From Proteromonas lacertae (lineage: Eukaryota): DNA of 64,000 bases. The stretch spans positions 124,001 to 188,000 of the forward strand of contig NGBS01000873.1 of NCBI GenBank assembly GCA_002245135.1, written 5' to 3'. Position 1 is the stretch's first letter. Each line of letters begins with the position of its first letter. Positions 1 to 13,000 of the stretch are shown here, one piece after another. The position numbers and the translations under genes are program-made. The notes under the pieces were generated by a model. That model worked only from the letters and a program-made list of their open reading frames with translations. It did not search any database and was not told the DNA's origin.

Positions 1-2522
1 GTAGAATTTAGCATATGGCAAACAATCAGGACTATTTTCAATACATAAATAAAAAAAATGAAAAACATATATACTATATAGAAACATAAGAATTCAGTTT
101 ACCTAATTCCAAATAGATAGAATAATCTGTATCATTCCAATATTCATATCTTGAATTATAACCTTGAACAATTGTCAATGCATTCACATAAGGATTCTTT
201 GGCTTTCCTTTAGTACGATATGACTCAAATATTTGATAAATACATTCATCTATTCTTGAATCAACAGCGTATTGAATATGTACAGCTTCTTCATATAATT
301 GTTCAGGATATCTGTTCATACTATAAGCAATTGCATAAGAAGCAGGTAAACTAACAACATAATTGCTTAGACATAAATCATTCACTTTGAATAACCAATA
401 TTTACTTATTAATGGATTTGGAACTATCTTATTTTCTTCAAGATACTACAATATATATTATATATAATAAGACATTATAAATACTTCATTGTAATATTTC
501 TCTATTAATTCTGTCAGTGATGTTGGTTCTCCATGTACTATAAAGAAATAATAATAAGAATATATATATATATTTATATACATGATTCTCTATGAACATC
601 CATAACAGAGAAAAAAGTTTGATATGAGATTGCATGTTCATATATTTCAAAATTCCATTTCAGTTTCTATATTGATATTAATATTTAACACAATATACAT
701 TCAATACTAATAATCCATTTTGTGTAGGATATGGATTAGAATAATCATTAATTATTAACCTTCCAAATAATTCTTTAAATATACAAGCAATTGGCTTGAT
801 ATATACTTCTGTATAATAAGTGAAATAATGAGAAGAATATTCCATGAATCTAGTACGAAGTAGTTTCATTTGATTATATAAATGAACTATATATAATATT
901 ATATATATAATATTTGATAAATACAAACATGATCTTTTATATTCTCTTTTTCCATATAACAATGTTTTCCATCTTCATAATCAACGTAAATCTTTCTTAA
1001 CTCTTCATATATTCTATAAATGTTCTTTATTTCATTTGTAAATGCATGAACATTACCTGACATATCTGTTAAAATTGGTTTTAATAATAAATACCTTTGA
1101 GGTTTATTCTGACAAGTTGAATGCAATAACAATTGAAAACAACTAAAGATAATACATAATAAAAAATATATATATACAAATTGTAGAGTGGTTTTTTAAT
1201 AAAGTCTTTAAATGCTTTATCTCTGTACTATACAATTCAATATAACAGTGACAATATATACTTCATTTAATAAACTAGGATTTGGTCTATATTTCAACTT
1301 ATGATAAAATGATAAATAATCTTCAGCTTGATCAGAATTCAAAAATACTCCATTTGCTAAACTTTGTAACGGATATTTCTCAAATATAATAGAAGGTCTA
1401 GCATCAGCAAGTATAATAGAATAATGTTTCTTAACTTTTATATAATAATAATTTGAACCATCTTTTATTTGAAAGAAACATTTCAATGTTACATATTTCT
1501 TTAATTCTAAAGTTGGTTTTATTGATTTCTTAAAGTTTTCACTCTCTGAATCGATTATCTGTTGAGGATTCCATTTTATTTTGTTTTCTATATTCGTATT
1601 ATTTTCAGTTTTAATCTTTTCGAATGTTGTTAATGAGAGTAATACTCCATGACAAACTTCCTATATATATATAAATATAAATACAAATGAATGTAATAAC
1701 AAATATACTTTTGGATTATTATCTTTGTCTAATACTATTGCTGAAGGACATTTCTATTTAATTGATTATAATAACTATAAATATAATACAATAAATTTAT
1801 TGATTTCTGCCAATATTATATTACCTAATGCATCACAAGACTATAAACAAAAAAAATTAAAAATTTAAAAAAAAGTCATACTTCATCTAAATCGTTTAAA
1901 GTTCTTGGTAAAACACTGTGAATATATAAATTAACTTGTGCACTTCCTCCATCTAATGATGAATAACAATCTTTGTATAAATATTCACTATTTTGAATGG
2001 ATATAAGAAATTTCTTTGGATTTTTCTCATACTCTAAAAAAAAGAATTCTGGTGTATTTCTTCTTAATAATGTTGTTAATTTTGTTAATAACTGTAAATT
2101 TAGTCTAAGCAACATGTGTTCAAATCCATAAAAACCAGCAGAATTACATATCTGATTCTTATCATTACAATCAAAGTCATTAGGTGTTAAAGATTCTTTG
2201 ATATTCTATTTCAAATAATTAAACAATCACATATTTAATATACATCAATAAATCTCATAAAATCTATTTCATGAGTCAATAATTGTCTAGCAATAAACGG
2301 ATATCTAAGTAAAATAACCATTAAATTATACGGATTCTCTGGAAGGTTAGATGATGAATATAGATTTATTAAAGTTTGTTGCAATGTAGTACTAAACCCA
2401 TTATTCTATAATATAATAAAACTAAATGATACAGTAAAATATTCAACTAAATCTGAGCCCATTTTATCAAAATGTTCTTTTATGACTATCCATGCAGGCA
2501 AATTACCTCTCCTTTTATTCAT
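1..2522 (-). CDS. Multi-exon hypothetical protein, 3' end runs off the window
   Basis: ATG at 2522 (MNKRRGNLPAWIVIKEHFDKMGSDLVEYFT). The minus-strand ORF pieces 1876-2115, 1217-1486, 899-1132, 678-962 and 74-385 appear joined by ~30-nt GT-AG introns. No family recognised. Confidence 0.6.
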
Positions 2523-2615
2523 TTCAACAATTTTAAGAATTAGGTGTTTGAAAATTATTTTCGTTAAATATATTATTGTTTTTTTCTAAATAAATGAAAC
2601 ACAAAATCAATTAAA

Positions 2616-3386
2616 TTAATGTGATTTGAAATACTTTAATTCGGGCATAGGAGGTGATTCTGGTGAATTATTCTCTTTAGAAGATTTATAAGGAGTTTCT
2701 GAAGAATTAAGTATTGTTGAAGATAATGACGATTCCTCTGATATTGAATCATCTTTCTTTTCATCTGCAATTTCTTGACGTTTAGCTACTGGTGGTGTTG
2801 ATAAATTAGAAGATATTGAACTTCTCTTTGAAGCTATTACTGTAGTATCATCATTTTCTACAAATGTCATATGTAGTCCAGATGGATATTGCGGTGATGA
2901 TTCATTTACTTTTGTAGGTGTGTTTTCAATTGATGTATTAGATATTGATTGACTATTATCTATACTTGGAGTTAATATATTTTGCGTGTGTAGAATAGGA
3001 GGTGTTAGTGTTTTGTTTTGAGTTTGATTTATTAAACTACTCTGATCTATTGTATTATCTACAATTTCATTCTTTTTCTTTTCAGGTGTTTCGGTATTTT
3101 GCATTTTGTCATCCTTCTCTGGAGAATTTTTATACCCAACAGGTTCATTAGGTTTTTGTTGCTCTTTTTCTTGAAATGAGTTAAAAAAAGACTTCCATGG
3201 TATTAATGATTCATTTAGCCTTAACATATTAGCAGTATATTCTTTGATTTTCTTTTGTATAGCTACACTAACCTCATTTGCTTTAGCAAAATTTTCATCA
3301 ATATTTTGTAATGTCAATATAATCTTTTGTTCTAAATCTTCTCTATTCTCTATTAATTATAGCAAATTACAATCTATACCAGTCAT
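2616..3386 (-). CDS. ASK1: DASH/Dam1 complex subunit Ask1-like
   Basis: Removing a 30-nt GT-AG intron (3350-3379) gives MTENREDLEQKIILTLQNIDENFAKANEVSVAIQKKIKEY...LIPWKSFF. This matches the Ask1 pattern LEQ.I.LTLQ.ID.NF..A...W..FF and is followed by a disordered S/T/P-rich tail. Confidence 0.75.
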
Positions 3387-3496
3387 AAATTTAAATATAA
3401 AATAATACAAATTAATACACAAGTAATACAGGTATTTTTCATTTGTTTCAGTATTTCTTATTTCTTAATAACCGTTTATAGTAACAAGTTGTTGTT

Positions 3497-3788
3497 ATGG
3501 GTAAGGGTTCTAATGCTCAGAAAAAAGCCTCTGTAAGGGAGAGAAAACGAAAAGAAATGGAAGGTAAAGGTGAAGGTGGTGGAGGTAAAGAAGGTATGGA
3601 AAAGAGAACTGGTCAACTAGCACAAAAGATTCTATGTAAAATATGCAAAGTATTGAATATTATTATGTTGTATTTAGACTTCATTTTTATGTACACAATC
3701 AAAAGTGCAGTTACAAGGACATTTAGATGCTAGACATCCTGGTAAGGCATTTGAAGAGTGTTTCCCTGACTATAAAGATAGTAAATAA
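3497..3788 (+). CDS. Small C2H2 zinc-finger protein (ZNF706/At2g23090-like)
   Basis: MGKGSNAQKK...CKICK, 28-nt intron 3650-3677, then TSFLCTQSKVQLQGHLDARHPGKAFEECFP; stop at 3786-3788. Confidence 0.8.
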
Positions 3789-3876
3789 CTTCCAATTCTC
3801 TTTTTTTGATTTTTATATGTATTTTTATTAGTTTACCATCCAAATAAACATATTTTATTTATATTATTCATGCATA

Positions 3877-5285
3877 TTATACTAACACAGCTTTCTGATC
3901 CTCTTTATAATAATCCAGAAAACTTAAACCCAATTGTTTGCCTAACTCTCTGTAATCATCACATGTCAATGGATGATTTCTACCATGCATATCAGTAGAA
4001 GCATAAAATGAGACTTCTAATGTATAACAATGAACATTATTTAATTCACTGGCTAATGTCCTTCTTCCACTCCCTTCTTTATAAGGATCATTATCAAATC
4101 TAAATAAAAATAATATAATATATAAATAAATATATAAATACTTAGTTTGTCTATAAGAAAACACTAATGAATTAAAAGCTAATCTTTTGGGGAAAGCTTC
4201 TTCTTTACATTGGTCAGATAACTTTTCCATTGAATTACAATACATAAATCCATTCTTCGCAGTTGTATGAGCATGTAAATCAATATAAAAATCTAAATAT
4301 ACACGAGGATCATTATGTAAATCTAACAACAGTTTTTTTGTATTAAAAATAGAAGGATGAAAATATTTACTTGGCGATTGCCAACATCTATTTAAATCAT
4401 ATCCCAAGACGTTGGATCTATAATTACCTAATGATACACCATCTACATTTAACATTGGTACAATGTAGAATATAAAATACTTTCTAATTAATCTAGCATG
4501 ATATTCATTTGATAATAAAAAGTTGATTAAACCTTCACATATAAAACTACTTGGACTTTCACCTGGATGTACTCTTGATGTAATGACTATTGTTCTCTTT
4601 TTGAAACCATTCACTTCAGTTGGACCTGGATCTGTTATTAACAATAAATCAACATTTCTATTCATTAAATATTATAATAATTGAATATATTACATTCATA
4701 CTTATTTAAAATAGTTTTACACAGTATTTGATGGTGAAAATATGGATATTTCTTTGATTCGATACTTAATATAAATTTCTGGAGATATGTATATGTATAT
4801 GGAAAACAGTAGGCGAAATAATATTGATCTGTTTCATTATCAAATTCAAAGAATATTGCTAAAACATAATGATTCTTTAAATATGGATTTTCATACCATG
4901 CACACTGTTTTGAATCTAATCTTTGCCTATTTAATATATATAATTGTATTTATAATACCACTCTGGTCTTGATGTTGAATATACGACTGGAGACATTCCT
5001 TCTCTATACAAACTCTTGTTTTTAGTTGATCCATGTATATAAAATATCACTTTCTGACGCATTTGGGTGTTTGTCACTCTGAAATAATACCATATTCTTT
5101 GTCTAAATAATTAATGAATATTTTAAATACCTATTATTACAAGTGTCAGAACGAATGTTTATATCATATTCATATTCTGAAACTCTCACTATATTACCAA
5201 TGTTTCCTGACTCAAATTTACAATCAAATATCAGCGCTGGTGTATCAAATGTTAATGGGATAGTTCTTACTTTGCCTGTTGTCAT
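3877..5285 (-). CDS. AGBL4: Cytosolic carboxypeptidase (M14, CCP6/AGBL4-like tubulin deglutamylase)
   Basis: Motifs FDCKFESGNI, WYYFRV, KSLYREGMSPVV.STSRPEW, RVHPGESPSS, PMLNVDGV..GNYR, DLNRCW, DLHAH and YTLEVSF; several short introns. Confidence 0.85.
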
Positions 5286-5349
5286 TCTTGGTATAAAAAG
5301 AAAATAGATTTTAATTCAATACTCTCAAATGACAATCAAGCCTACATAA

Positions 5350-5888
5350 ATGTCTGATTCACAATATATTAGTTATAAACGAACAAAATCGTTCGAGCAT
5401 TTGGTAAATAGAATAGATGATCCTAATAAAGAGGATGAAATAAACAATCAGAATGGAGATATAACGAAAGACATGATTCTTCAATTAGATGAGCTAAAAA
5501 GTGTAGAAGATAGAATTAGATCAACATCATCTTTATTTTGTATGATTTATATAATATTATCCAAATAGGGGGAAGGAGTAGAGATGAAGGTATAGACAAG
5601 CTAACAGAAGCTCAGAAACTTCAATTAGATATTTTTAGACAGCAATTAGAAGTTGAAAATAGTTTTGCTCCGATTATTCCTCCTTCTGAATTCACAAGTA
5701 AAGAATTTTGTGAATCTTCAAAGAATGTCTTTCAATCACAGAAATCAAATATCGATATAATATCTCGTAGAATTAAAGAATTGGCTAAATCCGTGTCTGT
5801 AATTAATCGAAGTAATATAGTTCATACAAAAGAGACTACAACAGTAGTTCCACCTACTTCATCATTTTCTCATAGTCCGCCTCCTTAA
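5350..5888 (+). CDS. Hypothetical protein (2 exons)
   Basis: ORFs 5350-5568 and 5538-5888 are joined by a short GT-AG intron at ~5540-5568. Confidence 0.6.
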
Positions 5889-6021
5889 TAAATAATTATA
5901 ATTTAATGAAATTAATAATATGATTTATTATTTTCAATAAAAACCAAACAAAAAAACATCAAACAATAATAACAATAAGTATGTTTTAAATCATTTCCAT
6001 TCTTTTTTTTAAATCATTTTA

Positions 6022-6931
6022 TTAATTAATTTGTTTTGATAAGTCATTCAGTTCATCTATTGAATGATATCCTGCAAATTTATGATCTTTAATAATCCAA
6101 GATGGAAATTTATCAATATCACTACAAACATTCTCATTCTCACTTAAACTACAATCAACAACATTTAATAAAGAAATAAATGAAGAAAACTCTTTAATTT
6201 GTTTCTCACACCATCCACAATGTTTTGTTACATACAAAACTGCATGTTTATCTTGTAATTGTTGAATTGTGGATGATATTAACTCTTTCTTATCAACATG
6301 CTGATTTGGCTTAATTATATCAATCCTTTCGTTAGTTTTACCATCCACATATACTATATAGTCAAAGTTACTATTCATTGTGTCTGGTTTCTGTATATAA
6401 ACTGTTCCATATCCTTTTGGACCAATCACATCAAATACTTCTCTTACATGAATAATTTCTCTTTCATTATCCTGAACTTTGAAGTAATATCTTTGTACAG
6501 ATCCTTCTTCATCTGATAATAAATTTCTTTTTATTACTAATGGATTGCCACATTTGGATAATACTTGAAAATTAGATTCAAGATATTGTTTTGCTTTTTT
6601 AGCTACTTCTGATGATCTAAAATATGGTGTGTAATATCCAGCAACACATATAACAATACCAAATCCTGTGAAAGCTCCTAGCCATCTTAGAAAATGACTC
6701 TTTTTTGGTGGTGGTGGAGGTGGAACTTCTTCTACTGTTGCCATCTATATAATAAATAAAATAGAAACAATACTTCATTTGAAAAGTAGCGAATTGATTG
6801 AGTTGCTGGAGATAGTAGAATAGTTTTGTTATTAGAAGTAAAAAATGTCTACATGCTATTTTAGATGAACCTAAAGTGTTTGATGGTACTTTCATCAATT
6901 TTATAACTCTAGAGCCTCCAATACGCAACAT
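6022..6931 (-). CDS. Putative mitochondrial membrane protein: presequence, TM, Tim21/Coa1-like region, thioredoxin-like CxxC domain
   Basis: Basic N-terminal presequence (…IRYFSNE after a probable homopolymer indel at ~6840), intron ~6745-6773, TM WLGAFTGFGIVICVAGYY, V.GPKGYGTVYI motif, and a C-terminal CGWC…VVDC…C…FPSW domain. Confidence 0.6.
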
Positions 6932-7099
6932 TTTGTTTTTATTTCAAAATAAATAGTCGTTTTATTATTAAAATCTATTTTGCAATTTCATTATTTCTAC
7001 AACAAATAAAAATAATTGATAAATAAAATTACCATAAATAACAATTAAATATAGATGATTATGTTATTCAATATCAAGTTTGGGTGAATTTGCTTGAGA

Positions 7100-9979
7100 T
7101 TAGTGAGGAGAAGGAGACAAGGATACTAATTCAGGTGGACCTTCTTGACTTAATGTTAAATCGTCATTAAAAACTTGTTCTAGCAAATCTTCATGTAACT
7201 CCAGGTAAAACCCAATATGCTCGAAATACTCTCTCTTTGTGATGACTTCCTTCTTATCAGGGAATAACACAACTAAATAACTTTCAGGAATCTTATAAAT
7301 CGTTTTCAGATCATCATAATAAATCAAATTCTCTTTCCTCATATCATATACATTGAATAAACTAGACCAATACTTTATATCTTCAATTAATTGTTCAAAT
7401 TCCTTTGGGCCTAATTTTGATAATCCCAAATTTCTGTGTAAAGTAAGCAACCATATCAGAAAACAATTCAACACTTTCTCTTGTAAAAACAACATTATCC
7501 ATCTCTCCTAAAGCAGCTTGGAATGATTTTAACTATATTACATAAATAAATAAATAGATATATAAATAATATATACAATAACTTCAGTAGTATTATGACC
7601 ATATTTCTTAAACAATAGCACTGCATCATTATAAGCAATTCCTTTCTTTTTCTTATTTCCATTTTCATCCAATTCTTCTATTTCATCTACATTATCAAAT
7701 GCTTCAACGATGTTTGTAGGACGTGGAGTTATTAAGTGTGGTTTCTTTACATAATCACATAAGTTAATATCTGGATAGGTTGGTTTTACGAAATTGATTT
7801 TATTTATCTTCAAAACGCCATTTTCATCTTCTCCTTCTCCTTCCACTTTTTCTTCATTCTTGTTTTCATTACTTTCTAATGCATTTTCGTTGTTGTTATT
7901 TTCTCCATTCTCATTATTTTTTCCATTTACATTCATTCCTGTCTTTTCATTCTCATTTTCACTATTCAGTTCTTCAATATTTGTGTTTATTGTTACATGC
8001 TTGTTGATTCTTCTTTTGAAATTTGATGATTTGTCTTTTGAACTATGTTTCGATGTTGGAGAATGTGGTTCTTTATTCAACTTTCCATTCATCTCATTCT
8101 CTAATTCTTCATTGATTTTATCTTCATCAATATCATATCCATTCTGATTCTTTTTCTTTAAATCATCTTTTCCATCACTTTCTAATATCTTTTCACCATT
8201 TATACTTGGCAATTTATTCTTACTTTTGTTTTGATATTTCTTCCTTTGATTTGGAATATCTCCAAACTGAAATTGGTTTATTCCATCGTAGTTTTTATTA
8301 TTATAAATACTATTATTTACATCAATCATATTTCCATCTTTATCTTTCAATATTTTCCCATCTAAATTAGTTATTCTATTACCATACATATCAATTATAT
8401 TACCATTTGAATCTCTTTTTATACCTTCTACAACATTTCCATTTTCATCATAAACATTATATTTCTTATCATTAAAATATTTCTCACTAATAATATTAGT
8501 AGCAATGCCATTACTACCATTTTTACTATTCATGCCATTCTCTTTGTTGGTTTTATTATCATTTAAATCAAACTCATCATCACTATCATCTCTATTTCCA
8601 TTATTATTCTCTATTCTAAGTGATACATCTTCATTTTCACCATTTTCTTCATTATCATTATTACACCAACCATCAACTTCTTCATTGATACCATCAAACT
8701 TATTGATATTTAAATTCTGTATTTTATTTCCCTTCCTACCCATATAATTCAAATTACCTCTATAACTTCGATGTAATACATAACTATGAATCTCTTTATT
8801 ATTTCCTTTCTTCAATTTTATTTTTCTTTTCATATTCTCTTCATCACCTTTTAATGATAATAATTCATTAGTATTATCCAAAGTCAATTTCTCTTTCAAT
8901 CTGTTTTCTATTGTTTCATTGGATAAAGAATCCACAACACTACAACATGATTCTGTTCTTGATTTTATTTCTGATTCATTATCTAATCTTATTAAATCAG
9001 GACTTGAAACTGGAGAATTATTACTGTTCAGTCCATCTAAATTATGATTAAAATACTTATTCTTATCTTTATTAAAATGTGAATGCATCAAAACTGATGG
9101 TTTAAAACTATAGGATATTGATGGAGAAGAGCAATAAGGTGGTGCAAAACGTGATGATGATGATGATGACAGTATATTATTAACATCATAACAACTATTT
9201 TTAGTATTTATCTCATTCTCATTTGGTAATATTTCATTATTATTATTGTCTAAGACTGTAGAAACCATTTCTTTTGCTTCACTATCGATAGGTCCAATTG
9301 TTGATAAATCAAATGGTTGTTGATTCTCATTTAAATTATCTCTTTCATCTTCACTGCTTTTCTCTTTTATCTCTTCTTCATCATTATCATTCATATTTTC
9401 TTTACTGTATATATTATAGTTATTATAATATTCATCCTGGAGATATTCCTGCAATACTAACTATATTTGGACTGGCTCTATTACTATTACTATTTTTAGG
9501 TGAAGAAACTGGAGCTAAAGAAAATGTAGATAATTCTGATATTCCACTTGATATTTCCTTTTGGATTGTTTGCTTTGGAGATACATTTATCTGTGGTCTA
9601 TCTTTTTTTGATTTCTTTTCGATTGAATACATGATATTTGCTGAATGATGATAAGTAGATTTATTGGAGGGTTTTGATTTAGGAGGAGCTGGCAATATTG
9701 ATGAACGAATTGGATAAGATTTTGAAGGTGGTCTGAACGTTTCTAGTGATAATTTTATTGACGGTTCTGTATAATGTATGTTTCTTTCTGATTTTGGGGG
9801 AATTTTATCAACAGAACTCATTTTAGATAAAGCAAACATATAAGAATCACATTTAGATTTATATATAGATTTAGTCTTTTCTTTACCAACTTTTGTTAAT
9901 TAAAGAGCTTTCACTTCTCACTAGATCATCATCAAGGAAAGGTACATACCTACACAATATAATAAATACTATACCACAT
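7100..9979 (-). CDS. Large low-complexity (N/E/K-rich) protein with possible degenerate C-terminal EF-hands
   Basis: Co-oriented ORFs 9432-9839, 7538-9454 and 7100-7495, joined by apparent frameshifts and introns; LFNVYDMRKENLIYYDDL is EF-hand-like. Start is uncertain. Confidence 0.55.
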
Positions 9980-10052
9980 CAATATGAACAATAGCTATTG
10001 AGAAAAAATGATTTGTAACAATATAACAGTTGACAAGTAAATTACTATAATC

Positions 10053-13000
10053 ATGTCAATTATTAATTGTAAGTCGATATGCTTGAAATTTGTTGATGAA
10101 ATGAGTTTGGACAAAAAAACAATAGAAAAATCAAATGAATTGATAAAAATAAATCAACATATTTATAATGTTGGCTTAAATCTTCTAAAAGAAAGTATAC
10201 AATAATATTAAACAGGATTAGATGATAATAAGAAAGTAAATTTGTTTTGTTCAAGATTATTATTAATTCTATTGTCTCCTTCCTTTGAAAATATCAAAAG
10301 TCACTTATTTAAACTGTATATAACATATATTTTTATTAAATGAACAGTTTTGCAAAGATATTGGATAAAATGGAGGATATAAACATTTTTTTGAAGAATC
10401 AGATAGAAATGCTCACTTTCTACAAATTTGACATCCCTAATATATGTGATAACAATGGTATATTTATATATTTGTATTTATATTTGTAGAATGTACCTTC
10501 AAAGATAAGATTTACATAATTACCACTTTACTAGAAAATCCATTAACAGCTACTTCATTTATTACTGCTAAATATAATACTGAATTGATATTTGAAACAG
10601 TTACAAATATTTTATCAAATCTGATTGACAAAGAAATTACACTGGAAAGAGAAGATATATGCTCAATAGTGTGTAGAATATACCAAATATATGGATTATT
10701 ATTGCAATCTAAAGTGTATGTAAATAAAAAGGAGTATAATTCATATTATAAATTGATTTGTGAATATGGATATGAATTTCTCTCATCTTTACAATCTACA
10801 AAAGTATAATGTATTATATTTTATATATGTATAGAATAATTATATTCACATATCATTTATAATTCTACTAATATATTGTAATTATTTGAATTTAAACAAA
10901 GATACTTTAAAATACAATGAATCTGAAGAAACTAAACAATTTTTTCATTTATTAGATGTTATTCTATCAGAAGATAATGCTGAAGATACTAAAAATGATG
11001 AAATTATCAATTATGGTATTATAATGGATAATACAATGTTTAAATTATCAATAATAAGATCTTATTTACTCATTTTACCATTTGATAGTTTTCAATCATA
11101 TTTACCACCAATATTCAATTATTTATCCATATATTGTGAGAATAGTGATTCAAATATATCATTTTATTCATTTCAATTATTAGAATTATGGTTAAAGACA
11201 GTAATCAATGTTGAGGAGAGTAAAATATCATTTATAAATACTTATATTTTATTATTGAAGTTGTTATTCAACAATTGGGAAAATCCAGTAAAAGTCACAT
11301 CCTATCAGATAATAAATATATTTACTCTGTTTATTCAACATAATAATAATATTTTTAACTATTTCAGTGATTTAATACTCTCATTTTGTTTAACATCAAA
11401 TATCAAATACAATTGTTTATCAATTATAGTGAAGTATATTGGTTATGAATATATATTGAATTATGATAAGAATATTATAACGAATTGTATTTTAGATATG
11501 GGTATATCAACTACAATTTCATCATTATCTACAAATCTAATAATTGAATTATTAATGGATATGAAGAAGAAGAACGAAAAAGACAATAATGGCTCAAACT
11601 ATTTGAATAAACATATTAAGGATATATTTGATGCTTATTTCATTGATAATAATAATAGTTTTAGACATAATTATTGTATTTACTTACTAAAAGAACTATT
11701 AATCAATATACCAGAAGTATTACCAATCATGTTTGAATTAGTTAATAGAATGATAAATGATAGTAATAATCAACATGAGAATGAGAGTTTAGAGATATAT
11801 TTATATCTTTTGAAATATATTAAAACATTAGGGATTGGATCAACAAAGTCAACAAAGCATTTAGAAATATATTCTAATCCTTTTTCTGATAGATTTCCAT
11901 ATTCAGTTGATTTACTCAACCATACTATTATTTCATTTTATAGTAATATAAGACTATTGACATTAGATTTATTGTGTTATTCAAAGAAGACTAATTCATT
12001 GCCATGTCAAAAAGAATATGAATTGATATTATTATATTTGAAGAATGTAATTAAATGTTGTGTAGATACAGAATAGTATATAATTCTTATTATGTGTATA
12101 GTTCATCTGCTTCAATATCATTCAAAGTCTTGCTTCAAAGATTAAATAATGGAATAATTTCAACAAACAAATTGCTGAAGAATGAGAAGAAAGAAGATGT
12201 TAAAAAGTATAATATCTTTCAATTTATACACTGTTTACAATAGAGAAATGGAATATAAAATCACAATAGCACATCAATTCCTTGAAGATTCATTAAAGTT
12301 ATTACTTTCTTCAGTCTATGAAGGAATTATAGAGTTAAGAATTCATTTTATTTTGATGATAATTCTTCAATACACAAATAATATATCAATAGAAACACAA
12401 TTCAATTTATATCAATATTTTAACATAAATATAATCTCATCATTATTCCATATATTGTTTGAAGGTTGGGATGAAGTGAGAGATATTGTTATGACTTTAT
12501 TGCTACAGATTCCAATATCGAAATACAATGAAATTAACATAAATGAGACATTGAAATGGCTATTAATAAAGACCAAAAGCTTTAAACCAAAAGATTGTGA
12601 TGGCTCAGGAAAATTGTTATATTTCATATACTTAAAATATGTTGTAGAGAATAATATAACACTGAATTTGTTGGATTATGAAGAATTTGATGAAGATAGT
12701 AAAAGTAATAAGATGTTAAAACAATTGAATGATAAATATATACCTCAGAATAACCAATTGTCATTTATTAATGATATATTTATATTGTTGTTAAGAAGAT
12801 TACCATTGTGTTTAACTGAGAAAGATAATTATAATGAATTAAATGTAAAGAATATACCAATACTTCAAGGATTATTATGTTGTTTAAAGTATATTTATAA
12901 CAGTAACAACAATGATATAATAAAATCAATACCAAATGAAATTGTGAATGAATATTTGAATATACTTTATGTAGTTTATAAATACGTATAATTGTAATAT

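Noticed and set aside
7794..8747. Hydrophobic antisense ORFs (also 17772-18086, 41955-42866, 54063-54392 and others)
   Set aside because: These are shadow ORFs opposite N/E/K/Q-rich coding sequence.
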